From contig NC_091471.1 of NCBI RefSeq assembly GCF_036971445.1, positions 169,756,001 through 169,820,000 on the forward strand: 64,000 nucleotides of DNA, in the 5' to 3' direction. The notes under the pieces were generated by a model, which worked only from the letters and a program-made list of their open reading frames with translations, did no database searches and was not told the origin of the DNA. Positions within the stretch are counted from its first letter, which is position 1. Each line of letters opens with the position of its first letter. Of this stretch, positions 36,042 to 50,420 are shown one piece after another. The position numbers and the translations under genes are program-made. Source of the stretch: Narcine bancroftii. Its lineage: Eukaryota.

Positions 36042-38313
36042 ATCAACATTTATTGTCATGAACAAGTAATGAAATTCAGTGTTTTCCAGCAGCGTCGTAG
36101 AGCAAACATTCATATTATTAACCATCTTGCAACATTACTATAAAAATAATAATAAGAATAATAGAGCACGAAAAGTCAGGCAGTGTCTTTGGTTCATTGA
36201 TTATTCAGGTATCTGATGGCAGTGGAGAAGAAGCTGTTCTTGTGCTGTTGAGCGCTCGTCTTTAGGTGCCTGTACTTTTTCCTGATGGTAGCAGAATGAA
36301 GAGGGTGTGGCTTTGGGGGGGGGGTTAGTGGGGGTTCTTTGAGGATAGAGGCTGCTTTTCTTTTAAGACACCATCTCATGTAGATATCCTTGATGGTGTG
36401 AAGTCTGGTGCCTGTGATGTCGCAGGCCGAGTTAACAACCCTCAGGTTTATTCTTGTCCTGTGAGTTGACACCTCCATACCAGGCAGTGATGCAACCAGC
36501 CAGAATGCTCTCCATGGTACACCTGTAGAAGTTTACAAGAGTTATCAGTGACGTACCGATTCTCCTCAGACACCTCACAAAATATAGCAGCTGGTGAGCC
36601 TTCTTTGTGATTACATCAATGTGGAGGTTCCAGGACAGATCTTTGTAGATGTTGACATGCAGAAATTTGAAGTTCTGGACCCTCTCCACTACTGAGCCCT
36701 CGATGAGGACTGGGTCGAGTTCCCCTGGCTTCCTCCTGAAGTCCACAATCATCTCCTTGGTTTTGCTGACGTTGAGCACATGGTTGTTGTCGTTACACCA
36801 TTCAACAAGTTGATCTATCTCCCTCCTGTACATTTTCTCATTGCTAATTGTGATTCTGCCAACAACTGTGGTGTCATCGGCAAACTTCTAGATGGCACTG
36901 GAATTGTGCCTGGCCCCATGTTCATGGGTGTATAATGAATAGAGCAGGGGCTAAGAAAAATCTTTGGGGTATGTCTATGTTGATAATCAGTCAGGAGGAG
37001 ACATTGTTTCCATTTTGTACTGACTGTGATCTAGTTGCAGAGTGGGGTACAGAAGCCTAGAGTTTGTAGATTCTTGACCAGCATTGAGGGAATAATGGTA
37101 TTGAAGGCCAAGTTGTAGTCTACGATGAGTATGTATGAATTGCTGAGTGGAGGGCCAGCGATATTGATAGGCAAATTGCTGTGGGTACGCATTAATTCTG
37201 GCCAGGACCAGCCTCTCAAAGCATTTCATCACAGTGGAAGTTAGTGCTGCTGAGTGGTAGTCATTGAGGTAGCCAATGCTACTCTTCTTGGGTACCAGGA
37301 TGATTAATGCCTTTTTGAAGCTGGTGGGAACCTCTGACTGCCATAACGAGAGGTTGAAAATGTCTGTGAACACCATGGCTAGTTGGTCAGTGCAGATTTT
37401 CAGTACCCTGCTAGGTACACCATCAGGTCCTGAGGCCTTTTGAATGATGTTCTGATGTTGCCAAGACAGATAGATAACACAGGGTCTTCAGCCTTTTCAG
37501 GGATTCTGCTCATTGGGTAGTGAAGCATTGCAACTGTCTATAGTGTTTCCCCTCGCTTTGTAGGCTGTAATAGCTGGCACTCCATGAATAGCTGTTTAGT
37601 ATCTGTTTCTGTTGCTAGCTTCCTCCGGAAATGAATTGCCACTTTGCTTCAGAGATGGCCTTCCACAAGTCATACCTGGACTTCTTGTAAAGGTCTCAAT
37701 CCCAGGTCTTAAACACCCTTGTCCTCACCCTCAACAGGTTCGTCCAAGACTTTTGGTTGGGGAACACCTGGTATTTGCGTGTCAGCACATACTCTTCCAT
37801 GCAGATCTTGATGAAGTAATTGACACATGTTGCATAAGCATTTGTCTATGGCTGAGTTCTTGAATATGTTCCAGTCCACAGATTCAAAGCAGTCCTGCAG
37901 ATGTTCTCCGCCTCCCTTGACCACATCTTGTCCATCTTTACCACAGGTGCTGTGGTCTTCGGTCTCTGCTTGTATGCCAGGAGTCAAAGTACAGCCAGGC
38001 GATCAGACTTGCTGAAGTGTGGTTTGGTATGCATTTTTCCTGGTCGTGTAGCAGTGATCCAGTGTGTTTGTTTCCCTGGTCTCGCATATGATGTGTCGGT
38101 GGTAGTTTGTTAGAGACTTATTCAGGTTGGCCTGATTGAATTCTCCCACAATGATTGGGAAGGCAGCAGGATGTGCTGTCTTATGGCTCTTTATCACAGT
38201 GCTCAGTCCCTCCAGTGTCAGCCTGACGTTAGCTTGGGGCAGAATGTGCACTTGTGACCAGGATGATGGCGGTGAACTCCCTCGGCAGGTAGAATGGGTA
38301 ACACCTGATTGCC
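36042..38313 (-). mobile_element. Rex1/Babar-like LINE (APE to 3' tail) inserted into the extreme 3' end of a CR1
   Basis: IIVGEFNQANL..TLDHCYT, VFTDIFNLSL..LNDY..ALTSTVMKCFERLV and ESILAGCITAWYG. The host CR1 tail agaaacataagaaatagga (to 36041) continues as aggagcaggagtaggcc (from 38314), giving an agga duplication. Confidence 0.9.
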
Positions 38314-39705
38314 AGGAGCAGGAGTAGGCCATCTGGTCTGTTGATCCTGCTCCTCCATTAAATGTGATCATGGCTGATCTGATGATGAATTCATCTCCAG
38401 CTACCTACCTTTCCCCAAATCTCTTAATTCCCTTACTATGTAGAAATATATCCAACCTTGTCATAAATATATTTACTGAAGTTTCCTCCACTGAATTCCA
38501 CAGATTCACCATCCTCTGGGAAAAGCCCTAAATACATTACCTTAAATCTTGAGGCTATATCTCTTAGTTCTGGACTCTCTGACCAACGGAAATAACTTAC
38601 CTACCTCAATCTTAGCGATGCCTTTCATAAATTTATATGTTTCTATAAGATCCCTCTTATTTTTCTAAATTCCAGTGAGTGTAATCCCAGATGAATCAAA
38701 TTCTTATAGGCCAACCCTTTCATCCCTGGAACCAACCTGGTGAATCTCCTTTTCACCGCCTCCAAATCAGTACATCCTTCCTTATGTAAGGAGACCAGAA
38801 CTGTACACAGTACTCCAGATGCAGTCTTGCTAGTACTTTGTAGCATAACCTCCCTTCTCTTAAATTCAATCGCTTGAACAATGAAGGCCAACATTCCATT
38901 TACCTTTTTGACAGCCTGCTGCACCTGCAAGCCAACCTTTTGCAATTCATACACAATCACTCCCAAGTCCTGCATATCAGCAATTGCTTGGCATTTAAAT
39001 AATATTCTGATCTTCCATTCTTCTTTGCAAAATGGATAGCCTCACATTTTCCAACCTTGTTCTCCATCTTCCAGGCCCTTGCCCATTCTCTTAACCTATC
39101 TATATCTCTGCCAACTCTTCAAATCCTCTGCATAATTTGCTTATCCGCTCAATTTAATGTCATCAGCAAACTTCGATACACTGCACTCTTCCAGATTGTT
39201 AATGTATATCCTGAACATTTTCAGGCCCAGCACCGACCCCTGTGGTATACCGCTCACCACCGATTGCCAACTAGAAAAGCACATCTGTGCCCTAACTTTC
39301 TGCTTTCTATTGTTTAACCAATCCTCTATCGATGATAATACATTACCCCCCAACTCAATGCATCCTTATCTTCTGCATTAGACTTTTATGCAGCACCTAT
39401 TAAAAGCCTTCTGGAAATCCAGGTAAACAATGTCCATCTATTCCCCTCTATCTACTGAGCTCATTTATAGCCTCAAAGACTCCAGTAAATTTGTTAACCA
39501 GGATCTGTCCTTACTGAATCCATGCAGTATCTATCTGATGGATCCATTTTGCTCCAGATGCCCCACTATTTCTTCTTTAATGATAACTACAAGCTTTTCC
39601 CCAAAACAGATGTTAAATTAACTGGTCTATAGTTCCCTGCCTTTTGCCTACATCCTTTTTTGAATAGTGGTGTGACATTCACTGTCTTCCAATCCACTGC
39701 TATCG
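38314..39705 (-). mobile_element. CR1 LINE 3' part (copy A)
   Basis: DWKTVNVTPLFKKG..NYRPVNLTS, SGIPQGSVLG, SKFADDIK and LGLHSLEFRKIRG. Confidence 0.9.
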
Positions 39706-41862
39706 ATCCTTCAAGTCCATGGCTGTTCACTTGAACAACTCCACTAGATCCCCCCCCCCCCAATTCTCTGTCCATAACCCTCCAACCCCCTCATATCCAT
39801 GTACACATAAAACCTCTTAAATGTCAGAAAGGACCCTGCCGCAACTATCTCCTCTGGAAGATCATTCCATTCTGCCACCACTCTCTGAGTGAAGAAGCAT
39901 CCTCTAACATTTCTCCTAAAGTTTTTCCCCGTTACCCTCCCCTGCCCTCAGGGGAAAGAGTCTACTCACGTCTAGTCTAACTATCCCTTCATAATTTTAA
40001 ATACCTCTATCAAATTCCCTCTCAATCGTCTACGTTCCAGTGAATAAAGTCCCAGTCTCCTTAATCTTTCTCTGTACTCTAGATGTTGTAATCCAGGCAA
40101 CATTTTTGTAAATCTTCTCTGCACCCTCTCCACCTTATCTATATCCTTCCTATAATTTGGAGACCAGAACTGAACACAATACTCTGAACCTGGCCTTACC
40201 AATGCTTTAAACAGTTGCAGCATAATTTCCCAGCTCCTATACTCTATGCTATGATTTATGAAGGCCAGCATACCATATGCCTTCTTAACCACCCCTGCCT
40301 ACATGGGAACCCACCTTCAAGGAGCTCTGTACCGTAACTCCAAGATCCCTCTGTTCCTCTGCATTCCTCAGTGCCCTCCCATTAACTGTATATGTCCTAT
40401 TTTGGTTATTTTTTTCTGAAATGCAGCACCTTGCACTTGTCTACATTAAATTCCATCTGCCATCTTTCAGCCTACTTTTCCAAACCAACCAAATCCTTCC
40501 GTAATCCAAGAAAACCTTCCTCACTATCCACCACTCCCCCTATTTTCATATTATCTGCATATTTGTTTACCCAGTTAACCACCCCTTCATCCAAATCGTT
40601 AATATAAATGATAAACAACAGGGGACCCAGCACCGATTCCTGAGGCACACTGCTCGTCATAGGCTTCCATCCTGACAGACATTTGTCCACCATGACTCTC
40701 TGCTGTCTATCTTCCAGCCATCTCTGAACCCATCTCACTATCTCTCTATTAATCCCTAGTGACTGAACCTTCCTTACTACCCTTACAAGCAGAACCTTAT
40801 CTAAAGCCTGACTAAAATCCAAATAGTCAACCGCCCTTCCTTCATCCACTTTTCTTGATACCTCTTCAAAAGCTTAACAAGATTTGTCAAACATGACTTT
40901 CCCTTCACAAACCCATGCTGGGTGCCCTGCCTATCCAGATATTTGTACATACTATCTCAAGAATACCCTCCATAACTTTCCCCACCACTGAAGTCAAACT
41001 TACTGGCTGATAATTACTTGGCCTGCACCTTGTGCCTTTTTTAAACAATGGTTTAAAAACTACATTTGCAACCCTCCAATCCCACGGCACCAAACCCTCC
41101 TCCAGTGATCATTGAAAAATCACTGTCAGAGCCCCCGCTATTTGCTCCCTGACATCCCTTAACATTCTGGGAAAAAGCCCACCAGGACCAGGAGACTTAC
41201 TCATCTTTATTGACCCTTGACGCTCCAAACCCTTTCTTTACTAATCCCTATCCTTTCCATAACTAAGCCATTCGCCTGACTTATCTCACATAGACAATGT
41301 CCCTTTCCCTCATGAATACAGACGAGAAAAAAAATCATTCAATATCTCCCCCATCTCATAAGGTTCCTCACATAGTCCACCATTCTCATTTTCCAGAGGA
41401 CCTACTCTATCCTTAACCATCCTTTTACTATTCTCGTATCCGTAAAAACCCTTAGGATTCACTTTCACCTTATTAGCTGTGGACATCTCATACCTTCTTT
41501 TTGCCTTTCTAATTGCCCTCTGAAGGTTCTTTCTGCAATCTAAGTAATGACCATATATCTCATCAATCTTTATTTTCTTGTATTTAGCATAGGCCTCCCT
41601 ATTATCCCAAAACAACTTCCTAATTTTTCCAGAAAACCATGGCTCCCTTGAACTTTTGATCTTGCCTTTCAGCCAGACTGGAACATAAAGATCCTCTACT
41701 CTCAAAATCTCACCTTTAAATACCTTCCAATTTTCCTCTACCTCCTTTCCGATAAAAAGATCAGCCCACACAACTCTCTGCAAATCCCTTCTCATTTCGT
41801 CAAATTTGGCTTTCCCCACACAAAGACCTTCAATTTCGGACCTGACCTACCCATTTCCATGT
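39706..41862 (-). mobile_element. CR1 LINE (copy B, different subfamily) nested in or adjoining copy A
   Basis: A second full set of RT motifs (DWRVANV..PLFKKG, VPQESVLGPLLF, YADNMK, LGLYSLERRRLRG) and the tether region (REPWF..KVNPKGFY). Confidence 0.88.
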
Positions 41863-42890
41863 CTTTGGCATGTCCGATACATCCTCCACTGTGAATACTG
41901 ACAAAAATAGTCATTCAAAACCTCAGCCATTTCCTCATTAGTCAATATCAATTTTCCCTTCTCATCTTCCAAGGGACCAACCTTCATTTTAGTCATCCTT
42001 TTGCACTTTATATAGTTAATAAAAACCTTTACTGTTGGTTTTTCTATTTTGTGCTAATCTTTTCTCATAGTCTATATTCCCTTTCTTTATTGCTCGCTTC
42101 ATGGTTCTTCGTTGTTTCTCAAAGGTTTCCCAATCTTTTGTTTTCCCACTGCTCTTGGCAGCTTTGAATACATGAGCTTTTAGTTTGATGCCTCTCTTGA
42201 TCTCCTTAGTTATCCAAGGCTGGCTGTCCCCACCCTTACTGTCCTTACTTTTAACTGGAATATACTTTATTTGAGCAACATGAAAAATCTCTTTGAATGT
42301 CTTCCACTGTTCTTCTACCATCTCTCCATATTGCCTGCATTCCCAGTCTACCCTGGCCAACTCCTCCCTCATCTCCTTGGTTTACCTTGTTTAGGCATAA
42401 CTCACTTGCTTTAGACCAAACTATTGTACCTCCCATTTGTATGATAAAGTCTACCACACTGTAATCACGCTTTTCAAGAGGATCCCCAATTACAAGATCG
42501 CTAATTTTACCTGCCTCATTGCACAGGTTCAGTACAAAGATAGCATGTCCACTTGTAGGTTCAGTAACATGCTGTTCAAGAAAGCCATCATGTACCCATT
42601 CTATGAAGTCCAGCTCAGTGTTGCTTTGACCAACTTCATTCACCCAATCTAGATGCATGTTAAAGGTCCCCACGATAATTGGGTTTCTATCCTTATCTGT
42701 CACTATTTCCCTGATCTCAGAGCATCACCCCACCTCCCTTATCTTCCTGCCTGTATTTCCTTATAACCTGATACCCTTGGATATTTAATTTCAAATCCCC
42801 TCCGTCTTGCAACCACATATCTGTAATAATACGTGCTTGTATTGATTTACACCACAAGTTCACTGACATTTGTTCGAATACATTCAGATA
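41863..42890 (-). mobile_element. CR1 LINE endonuclease/tether region (probably the continuation of copy A)
   Basis: IQGYQVIRKYR...GGGV, IIVGTFN..DW, FLEQHVTEPT and QPWITKEI..KGFY. Confidence 0.8.
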
Positions 42891-44467
42891 TGACAATAAA
42901 TTCTTAAACTCTTGCTCACAACAGTCTGATTGGTGAATATATATTATGAAAGTGAAAGGAAAGCTCAATGTTAATTCACCAAAATCGTATAGGATCTATC
43001 AATTTTCAAATAAATGCTTTTATATACAAGGCACTATTCATACAAGAGGATAAATATTTTATTTATTATGGAAGGCTTTGTATTTGGCATGCAAATGCTA
43101 AATGTCGTTCAGGTTAGAATAAACCCAACTTTTTCCCATTCTTCTATCTTCTGTTTGGATTGTAATGTTATTTTTAGAGAATATTGTATGAAGGAATAGA
43201 TATTTTAAAAGTCTGTAAGTGGGAGGTGGGTCATCATTAAGCAAACATGTACACAGCACATTTTAATTTCGAAATGTCTAATGTTCTGAGATGGATTCTG
43301 GCAGTAAATATTGAAAAAAACTCTGCAGCAAAATTATTGTTGAGGTCTGTCGAAGAAGGTAAATCAGAACGTTAAATGAATGTAAGTTAACTGGCGGACA
43401 GATGCTTTGGAAGAATTTTTGCCATTTATACTTCAGATATTTGCAAAATATATTTTAAATGCTGGTGAATACCCAAAAATGCTCCATATTTCTCAGATAT
43501 TATTGGAGCATGTGATACATTATTTTTCTTTGAAACTATTTACATTTAAGTTGATTAACAATTCTAAAATATGTGCAGTTTCTTAATTTCAAGCTGATAC
43601 ATATTAGAGGACTATTTTTTTCAGTAGTGATATTGGCAAAATCTAGGCAAGATCAACCACAAAAGTTTGGGGAGGCTCTAATGCTAAATAAGTTACACCC
43701 CCCAAAAAATGATACCCTTGGTCTCCCCTTACCATTTATTCTTATATAAGAACAAACTCATGTGCCAGAAAAAAATTGATCTCATATTCTGATTGACTTT
43801 CCATGTTCCATATCATTGCATTGGTGAATGTGAAATATGGTTGAAGATGATTAAACTCACACCATTCTGTGAAAAGGGATGGAATGCAAAGAATGTAGAT
43901 GAGAGCTTGAAAACAGACAATACTAGCTCGAAGGCCTCTTCTTATCAGGAGCCCCAAGGATGCAAGGATCTGGTTCAGGCTGGTACAGTAACCTAAGGTA
44001 GTCTATAGCTAGTACTGCGCTTGCTTAATAGAGACATGAATATTAACTTAGACGCCCCTGAGGAGGGAATGAACTAATTAACATAACATGCGATGTATGA
44101 AGAGGGAGGAACTGAGTGATACCTGGATTGATGGAAGGGAGAAGGAGAATTTTCTAATGTATTGGGATTCTGATTGGAAGAAGGTAAATGAAGGTGGGGT
44201 GATGTTGAGCGTGGGATTGTACAAAAGAGTGATGATTCTGAACCTCTGGTGTGTCTCCAGACCAGGGACACTGCAGACTCCAAATAAAGCTGAACCTGTT
44301 CTCCAAGACTTTGTCTCCAGAGTAATGATTGTGAACACTATATTTCACAGCATATCATCTTTAGTTTACTTTCTTGGACGCATGTTTGAAAAAGAATTTC
44401 CATCTCCAGAACATCGTTTATTAAGAAAACAAGTGGAGCCATTTGGTGGTTTCCACACTCGAGGAAT

Positions 44468-44942
44468 GATATGATAAAGATAGAGAGGATACATGACAGA
44501 TTCACAAGGATGTGGTCAGAACTGCAGGGCTTGAAATACAAGGAGAGGTTGGATAATCTAGATTTTTTTCCCCCTGGAATGCCAGAAGATAGAGTTTTAC
44601 AAAATTGTAAGGGGCCATAGATAGGATGGATAGTGAGTCTTTTTCCCAGGACAGGAAACCTACAACTGAAGGGCATAGGTTTAAGGGGAAAGATTTAATG
44701 GGGACCTGAGGGGTAAGCTTTGTTTCGCACAAAGGTGGTGGATATTTGCAATAAGCTGCCCGAGGAAGTAGTAGGGGTGAGTATAATTAGAGCATAAAGG
44801 CATTTGGACGGGTACACAGACAAGAAATGTTTGGAGGGATATGGGCCAATTGCAGGCAAAGTGGACTAGCTCAGGAAGACACTTTAATGGGCATGGATAA
44901 GGAAAACAAGGCCTTCTTTCTTCATGATCCTATGACTCTAAA
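44468..44942 (+). mobile_element. CR1 3' end
   Basis: agattcacaaggatg..ttgaaatacaaggagagg...ggatatgggcc..tggactag..ctatgactct. Confidence 0.8.
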
Positions 44943-45414
44943 TGGTTTTTTATGTTTTGTGATTTTTATTGGGGCACTCAGTCCAATTGCTTCATAAGTG
45001 ATTTATTTTGTGTGAAACCCAGTTTTAGCTGTATCAATAAGAATGTAGCAGGTTTTCACTTTTAAATGTATATCGTTTAATGAAATACAAAAACAAACCT
45101 TCCATTCCACTGCCCAAATGCACCATCTCATGAAGATTTTGTATGTCATGCAGTGAATGCCTTCATTCAGATCTGTAAACTGCAATCCAATGTGGTGCTT
45201 TAAGATAGCAGTTTGCCATTTCTTCATTGTTTCTGGGCCTTGCTCCATAAACACCTAGCCCAAGAGCAAAAGCCTATTAGTAAGGGGTCATTTATAAGTT
45301 TAATTGAAACCCACAAAGACTTACACCTCTGTTCCTTTACTCAGAGATACTGAAGTTCATAATCATTGTTTACTTCAGATAACATAAACATAAAGATAAA
45401 GAAATGAACTGGAA

Positions 45415-45595
45415 CTCATAGAAACTGGAGGGACCAGCAGATCAGGCAGTATTCTGGATAGAAATAGTCACTCTTCGATTTGGGTCAGCACCCTTCATTG
45501 AGACTTGATAAAGACATTGACTGACCCACTGAATCCTTCCAGCTTCTCTTTGTTCACTCACAATTCCAGCCTCCGCAATTTTTGTGCTTTGCTAT
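45415..45595. mobile_element. Inverted pair of Penelope-like terminal fragments
   Basis: ctggagggaccagcagatcaggcag...acccttcattgagac (minus strand), followed by gactgacccactgaatccttccagc (plus strand). Confidence 0.55.
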
Positions 45596-46169
45596 TGAAC
45601 TGGAACCAGTTTGGTTTGTGCAGTTTAATTGCGCATTGCATAGATTCACTGTATCCTTGGGGAACAGGAATGGATCCCATTTAAAATCCATATTGTGATG
45701 TCTCAGTGACCAAGCACACACAGTGAAGTTAATGAATGAATGTTTACTTTCAAATTAAAATAAAAAAGAACTTGGAGTGGGAGTAATTTTATAAGTTTTT
45801 TTTTAAGAGGTTGGTAGCCAAGTGAGAAGTACAAAGTAAAATTGTGAAATTTTAGCAATTGAGATTAATGCCATGATAGATTGGAGTAGAGTCTGTGGGA
45901 GAAATGATTGATGTGACAGTGCTAGTTTGAAAATATCTCTTCAAAGTAACCCTTCCCTCACTTTCCACAACTAGGATATCCAGGGTCTATACTGAACCAA
46001 AGTAAACCCTGCAGTGTGTCACAAATATCTCTTTGCACAACTCTCGAGCTTGAATGTAATCATACAGGAGAATGTAGAAAGCTCAAAGAATTAAACATTT
46101 TAAGCATGAACAAAATTAATGTCAGCTTATGAACAAAGATGTGAATGTACTTTTGCATTTCCTTCAGTT

Positions 46170-46650
46170 ATGTCTCATATAAGTTGGTTAGACCCCACTT
46201 GAAGTATTGTGTTCTGTTTTGATCACTGTGTTACAGGAAAGATGTTGTCAAGCTGGAAAAGGTGCAGAAAAGATGTATGAGCATGTTGACAGGACTTGGG
46301 TGAGCAGATTAGGGCTTTATTCCTTGAAGCGCAGGAGGATGAAGGGTGATCTCATAGATGTGTTCATAACCATAATAGATCAAGTGAATATACAGAGCCT
46401 TTTGCCCAGAATAGGAAAATTGGTAACCAAAAGCAAGGGTGGAGAAATTTAATAGGAACTCGAGGGGTAACCTTTTTACACACAGAATGGTGGGTGTATG
46501 GAATGAGCTGGAGGAGGTAGTTGAGGCAGGTACTATTGGAGCATTTAAGAAACATGGACAGGATGGGTTTAGCATGATATGGGCCAAGCGCAAGCAGGTG
46601 GGACATTTTGTCGGTGAGGGCAAGTTGGGCCATGGATCTATGACTCTAGA
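46170..46650 (+). mobile_element. CR1 3' end
   Basis: RLGLYSLKRRRMKGDLI and RGNLFTHRMVGVWNEL..VVEAGTIGAFK. Confidence 0.85.
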
Positions 46651-47461
46651 TGTGGGACCATTAATCACATTAAGAAAAAAATAGAAATGTTGGCTGAGAC
46701 ATTTGTATCATGTGCTCCATTTGTTTTCATCATCTCAAACTTAACAATGAAACATCTTCTCCTCCAATGAGCAGTAGTCAGAGGAGATTAAAATGAAAAT
46801 TAGTTTCAAATGAAGGAAAATGCTGTAGAACTAATATGAAACTGTAATGAGAAGACTTGGATACCATGACCAATTTTCACCTCCACCTCTTTGCTTTGTT
46901 GCGGTGTTCCTTAAGGTAAGGGAATAAGTGGTGGTGGCCTGCAACCAACATGATCCCAACTCTGGATTTGCCTGGTTAAGATGCTCCTTATCTACAGGCC
47001 AAAATCTCATGTAATCAAAAAATATGAGTTGTTGACAGAACTGAACATTTAGTATATTCTTTGAGGTCAAGTTAATGCTCATACATCTAAACAAGAGATT
47101 CAATAAACATCTAATTTTGGCTCAAGATGAATTCCATTCAAAAATATTCACTCTAAGTCTTGTTTTCCAAATTTTAAAATATAAACCTGACAGGAAAGGT
47201 ACAATTCTATATGATTCTTCCTCGTGTAATTGAAGGTTAAATGTAGTAAAAAAAATTAAAAATGGCGTATATGGCAGATTTAAAATGAAAACAGAAAATG
47301 TTGGAAATATCAGCAGGGAATGATGTTGATGATAAGCTTATTGTCATACGTGTTGTACAATGTACATATGCACTGAAATTCTTACTTGCTGCAGCCAAAC
47401 AGGTAGTTGCAAAGCAAAACTTTGAGAGTAAACTAAATGACTTAAATTTTATTTTTTTTTA

Positions 47462-47706
47462 AAGTTTAGACATGTAGCACAGCAACAGGCCCTTCTGGCC
47501 CAAAAGCTTGTGTTGCCTAAAAACTCCAATTAACCTGAACTTCCACCCCTCCCTCCCCCGTGTGTGTCTTGAAGGGTGGGAGAAAACAAGAGCACCTGGA
47601 GGAAAAGAAGACAGTCACGGGGAATCTCAGACAGCACCAGATTCAAACCATGGTTGCTGGCACTGTGCTAGCATTGCACTAACCGCTACGCTAACTGTGC
47701 TGCCCT
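47462..47706 (-). mobile_element. V-SINE (HE1-like) inserted in a Rex1 3' UTR
   Basis: Reversed tRNA-like head (ctaaccgctacgctaactgtgctgccc) and CR1-like tail (acaggcccttctggccca). Confidence 0.75.
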
Positions 47707-47759
47707 AAAAGATACAACATTAAGAGAAACAATAAATATATGAAAGATAATAAATAATA

Positions 47760-49140
47760 AATACAATAACTCTAGCGCAAAAAAAAAGTGATGCAACAGA
47801 ACGGGCAGCCCTTTGCTGGTGTCAGAGCGGGCAGCCCTACGCTGGTGTCAGAGCAGTTCCTGATTAGTGTACCAAGGGGAAGTTTAAGAGACTAATAGCT
47901 ATTGGATAAAGACTGCTCTTGAATCTTGAGGTGCTGGCCCTTAGTCTTCTATAACTTCTGCCTGAAGGTAGCAGTGAGAGAGGTTGTGACCATGGTAATG
48001 GGGGTCCTTCATGATGTTGCCTGCCTTCTTGAGGCAGGGCTTTGCAAAGATGTCTTCAGTGGATGGGAGGTCGGATCCTCTGATGGACATGGCTATGATG
48101 ACTTCCTTCTGCAGCCTTTTGTGTTCCCGGGCCCTTGAATTGCCAAACCAGGCCATGATGCAACCAGTCAGTATACTTTCCACATTACACGTGTAGAAGT
48201 TTGAAAGAGTATCTGATGACATGGCCAATCTCCTCAGACTTCTTAGGAAGTAATAATGTTGGTGGAGCTTCTTCATGGCTTACCTCAAAGTGCTGGCTCT
48301 AGGAAAGGTCTTTGTTCTTTCCTAAAATCAACAATCAGCTCCTTGGTTTGTGTGATATTGAGACCAAGATTGTTCTTCTGGCACCACCCAACAGGTTCTT
48401 GATCTCCATCTTGTATTTTTATTTATTATTTCCAGATATCCGGCCAACAACGATAGTGTTGTCAGTGAATTTGTAGATAGAGTAGGAGCTGAACCTGGCT
48501 ACACAGTCATGGGTCTACAAGGAATGGAGTAGGTGATGGTCAGAGAGGAGGTCACGTTATGAACTGCATTGATTGGGGTCTGCCAATGAGGAAGTCCAGG
48601 ATCCAGTTGCAGAGGGATGGACAAAGTTCTTTATGTTGGTCAGAGATGTTGCTGGTATGATGGAGTTGAATGCCAAGCTGTAGTCAATGAACAATAGCCT
48701 GATATAGATGTTCATCAAAGTTATCAAGCACAAAGTGGAGAGCAGTGGATGGAGACTGCAATTGACTTGTGATGATAGGTGAACTGGTGGGTCCATATCC
48801 TTCCTGAGGTAAGAGTTTTGTAACCATCCTTTCAAAACACTTCCTTACAGTAGATAGCACTGGCTGATAGCCATTGAGGCAGATTACCTTCTCTTCTTGG
48901 GCGCTGGAATGATGGATGCCCTTTTGAAGTAGGTGGGGATCTCTGGCCACTGTTGCGAGTGGTTGAAAATATTTGTGAAAACTACAGCCAGTTGGTTCAC
49001 ACAGGTTTTGGGGACCCAGCTAGGTACATTGTCTGAGCCAGATGCTTTCTGAGGACTCACCCTCTCCAAGGTTATGTTTCACCTCAGCCTCAGAGACTGG
49101 AAGCGCAGTGTCACCAAGGTCAGGTTGCTTCTGTGGTTGG
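47760..49140 (-). mobile_element. Rex1/Babar-like LINE (RT to 3')
   Basis: VFTNIFNHS..FKRASIIPAPKK, IRLLFIDYSLAFNSIIP and ESILTGCIMAWFG. The tail portion lies at about 47320-47440. Confidence 0.88.
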
Positions 49141-49636
49141 CTGAATCAATTTGAAACATTTATTTTCTCATAAGAAACTAAATGTATCCAAAACACCAGT
49201 TAAGTTTGGCAATATTCATGTTTATAACTTTTGTGGGGGGGGGGGGGGTGAGAGTGGGGAGGGGGGATGGTTCCATAACTTTCTCTTTATATTTTCCTTG
49301 GAAAGTTAAAAACAAATTCTTTCTTTATTGGTGAAGGTAAATCTTTTTTTTATTTTTATTTTTTTTTTCAATTTTTTATTTTTCACACCATAAATCACAT
49401 TAACCATGATACATACTTTTTCCTTTTCACACATAAATCTTGAGGTGGGGATTTTTTAAAAAGTGGTGTGCCTGCACCTTGAGTTCTCATTCAACTGAAT
49501 GTTTTTCACTGAGGTTTATTTCCTCTTGTATCTCTCTGGTTGTAGACCATATCCTTGCACAATTTTGCTGGTTATTCCAGGCTCTCTGATGGGATGCTGG
49601 TCTTTAGTAAAGATGAGTTTTCATTTAAAAAAAAAT

Positions 49637-49885
49637 TAAATTTAGATATACAGCACGGTAACAGGCCATTTTGGCCCACGAGTCCGTGCTGTCCAATTTA
49701 CACACAATTAACTTACACCCCAGGTATGTTTCAAATGGTAGGATGAAACCGGAACCCTAGGGAAAACCACACAGACACAGGGAGAACGTGCAAACTCCTT
49801 AAAGACAGCACAGGATTCAAACCCCGGTCCCAACTGCTGGTGCCATAAAGGCGTTGTGCTAACTGCTACACCAACCATGCCACCC
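49637..49885 (-). mobile_element. V-SINE (HE1-like)
   Basis: Reverse gives ggcatggttggtgtagcagttagc...gggtttgaatcc...aggagtttgcacgttctccctgtgtctgtgtgg. Confidence 0.8.
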
Positions 49886-50144
49886 AAACTGTAGATGCCT
49901 GACAGACGGCTAGTAAGAGTCAGCCACAGTGATATGTGACCGGATGCAAGCCCCTTATGAAGGCAGGTTTCATTCTCCATTTTCTCGTAACTATCTAACA
50001 GTTTAAAAGTGACCTTTACTGAATTATTTAAAGTGATGTTTACTTTCCAAATATTTTATGGTGCTTTCAAAGGTCTGAAAATGTGAACCGGAAAACTTGT
50101 AGAATGTCACGGTTTATAAGGGGGGTGGGAGCAGGGGGCAGAGA

Positions 50145-50420
50145 GGGAGGTACACTGGCCTTCGTTGAGTGGGTCATAGAGTACGAAATTAGTAATTCAT
50201 GATTGAATAGTATACAGCATTGATAGGACCAAACTTAGAGTACTACATGCAATTTTGAGCTATAGGAGGGTTGGAAAGGGTACAGAGAAGAATTCCTAAG
50301 ATGATTCTGGAACAGCAGGGGTTGAATTATGGGGAGAGGTTGGATAGACTAAGTCTCTTTTGCTCCAGAGAATAAAGACCAAGGGTCATCTGATGGAGAT
50401 TTATGAAATCATGAAGGGCT
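50145..50420 (+). mobile_element. Old CR1 fragment
   Basis: tggccttc..catagagtac...ttagagtact...gttggatagactaag..ggagatttatgaaatcatgaaggg. Confidence 0.65.

Noticed and set aside
47797-47854. 26-bp tandem duplication
   Set aside because: A local duplication within a Rex1 3' UTR with no sign of function.
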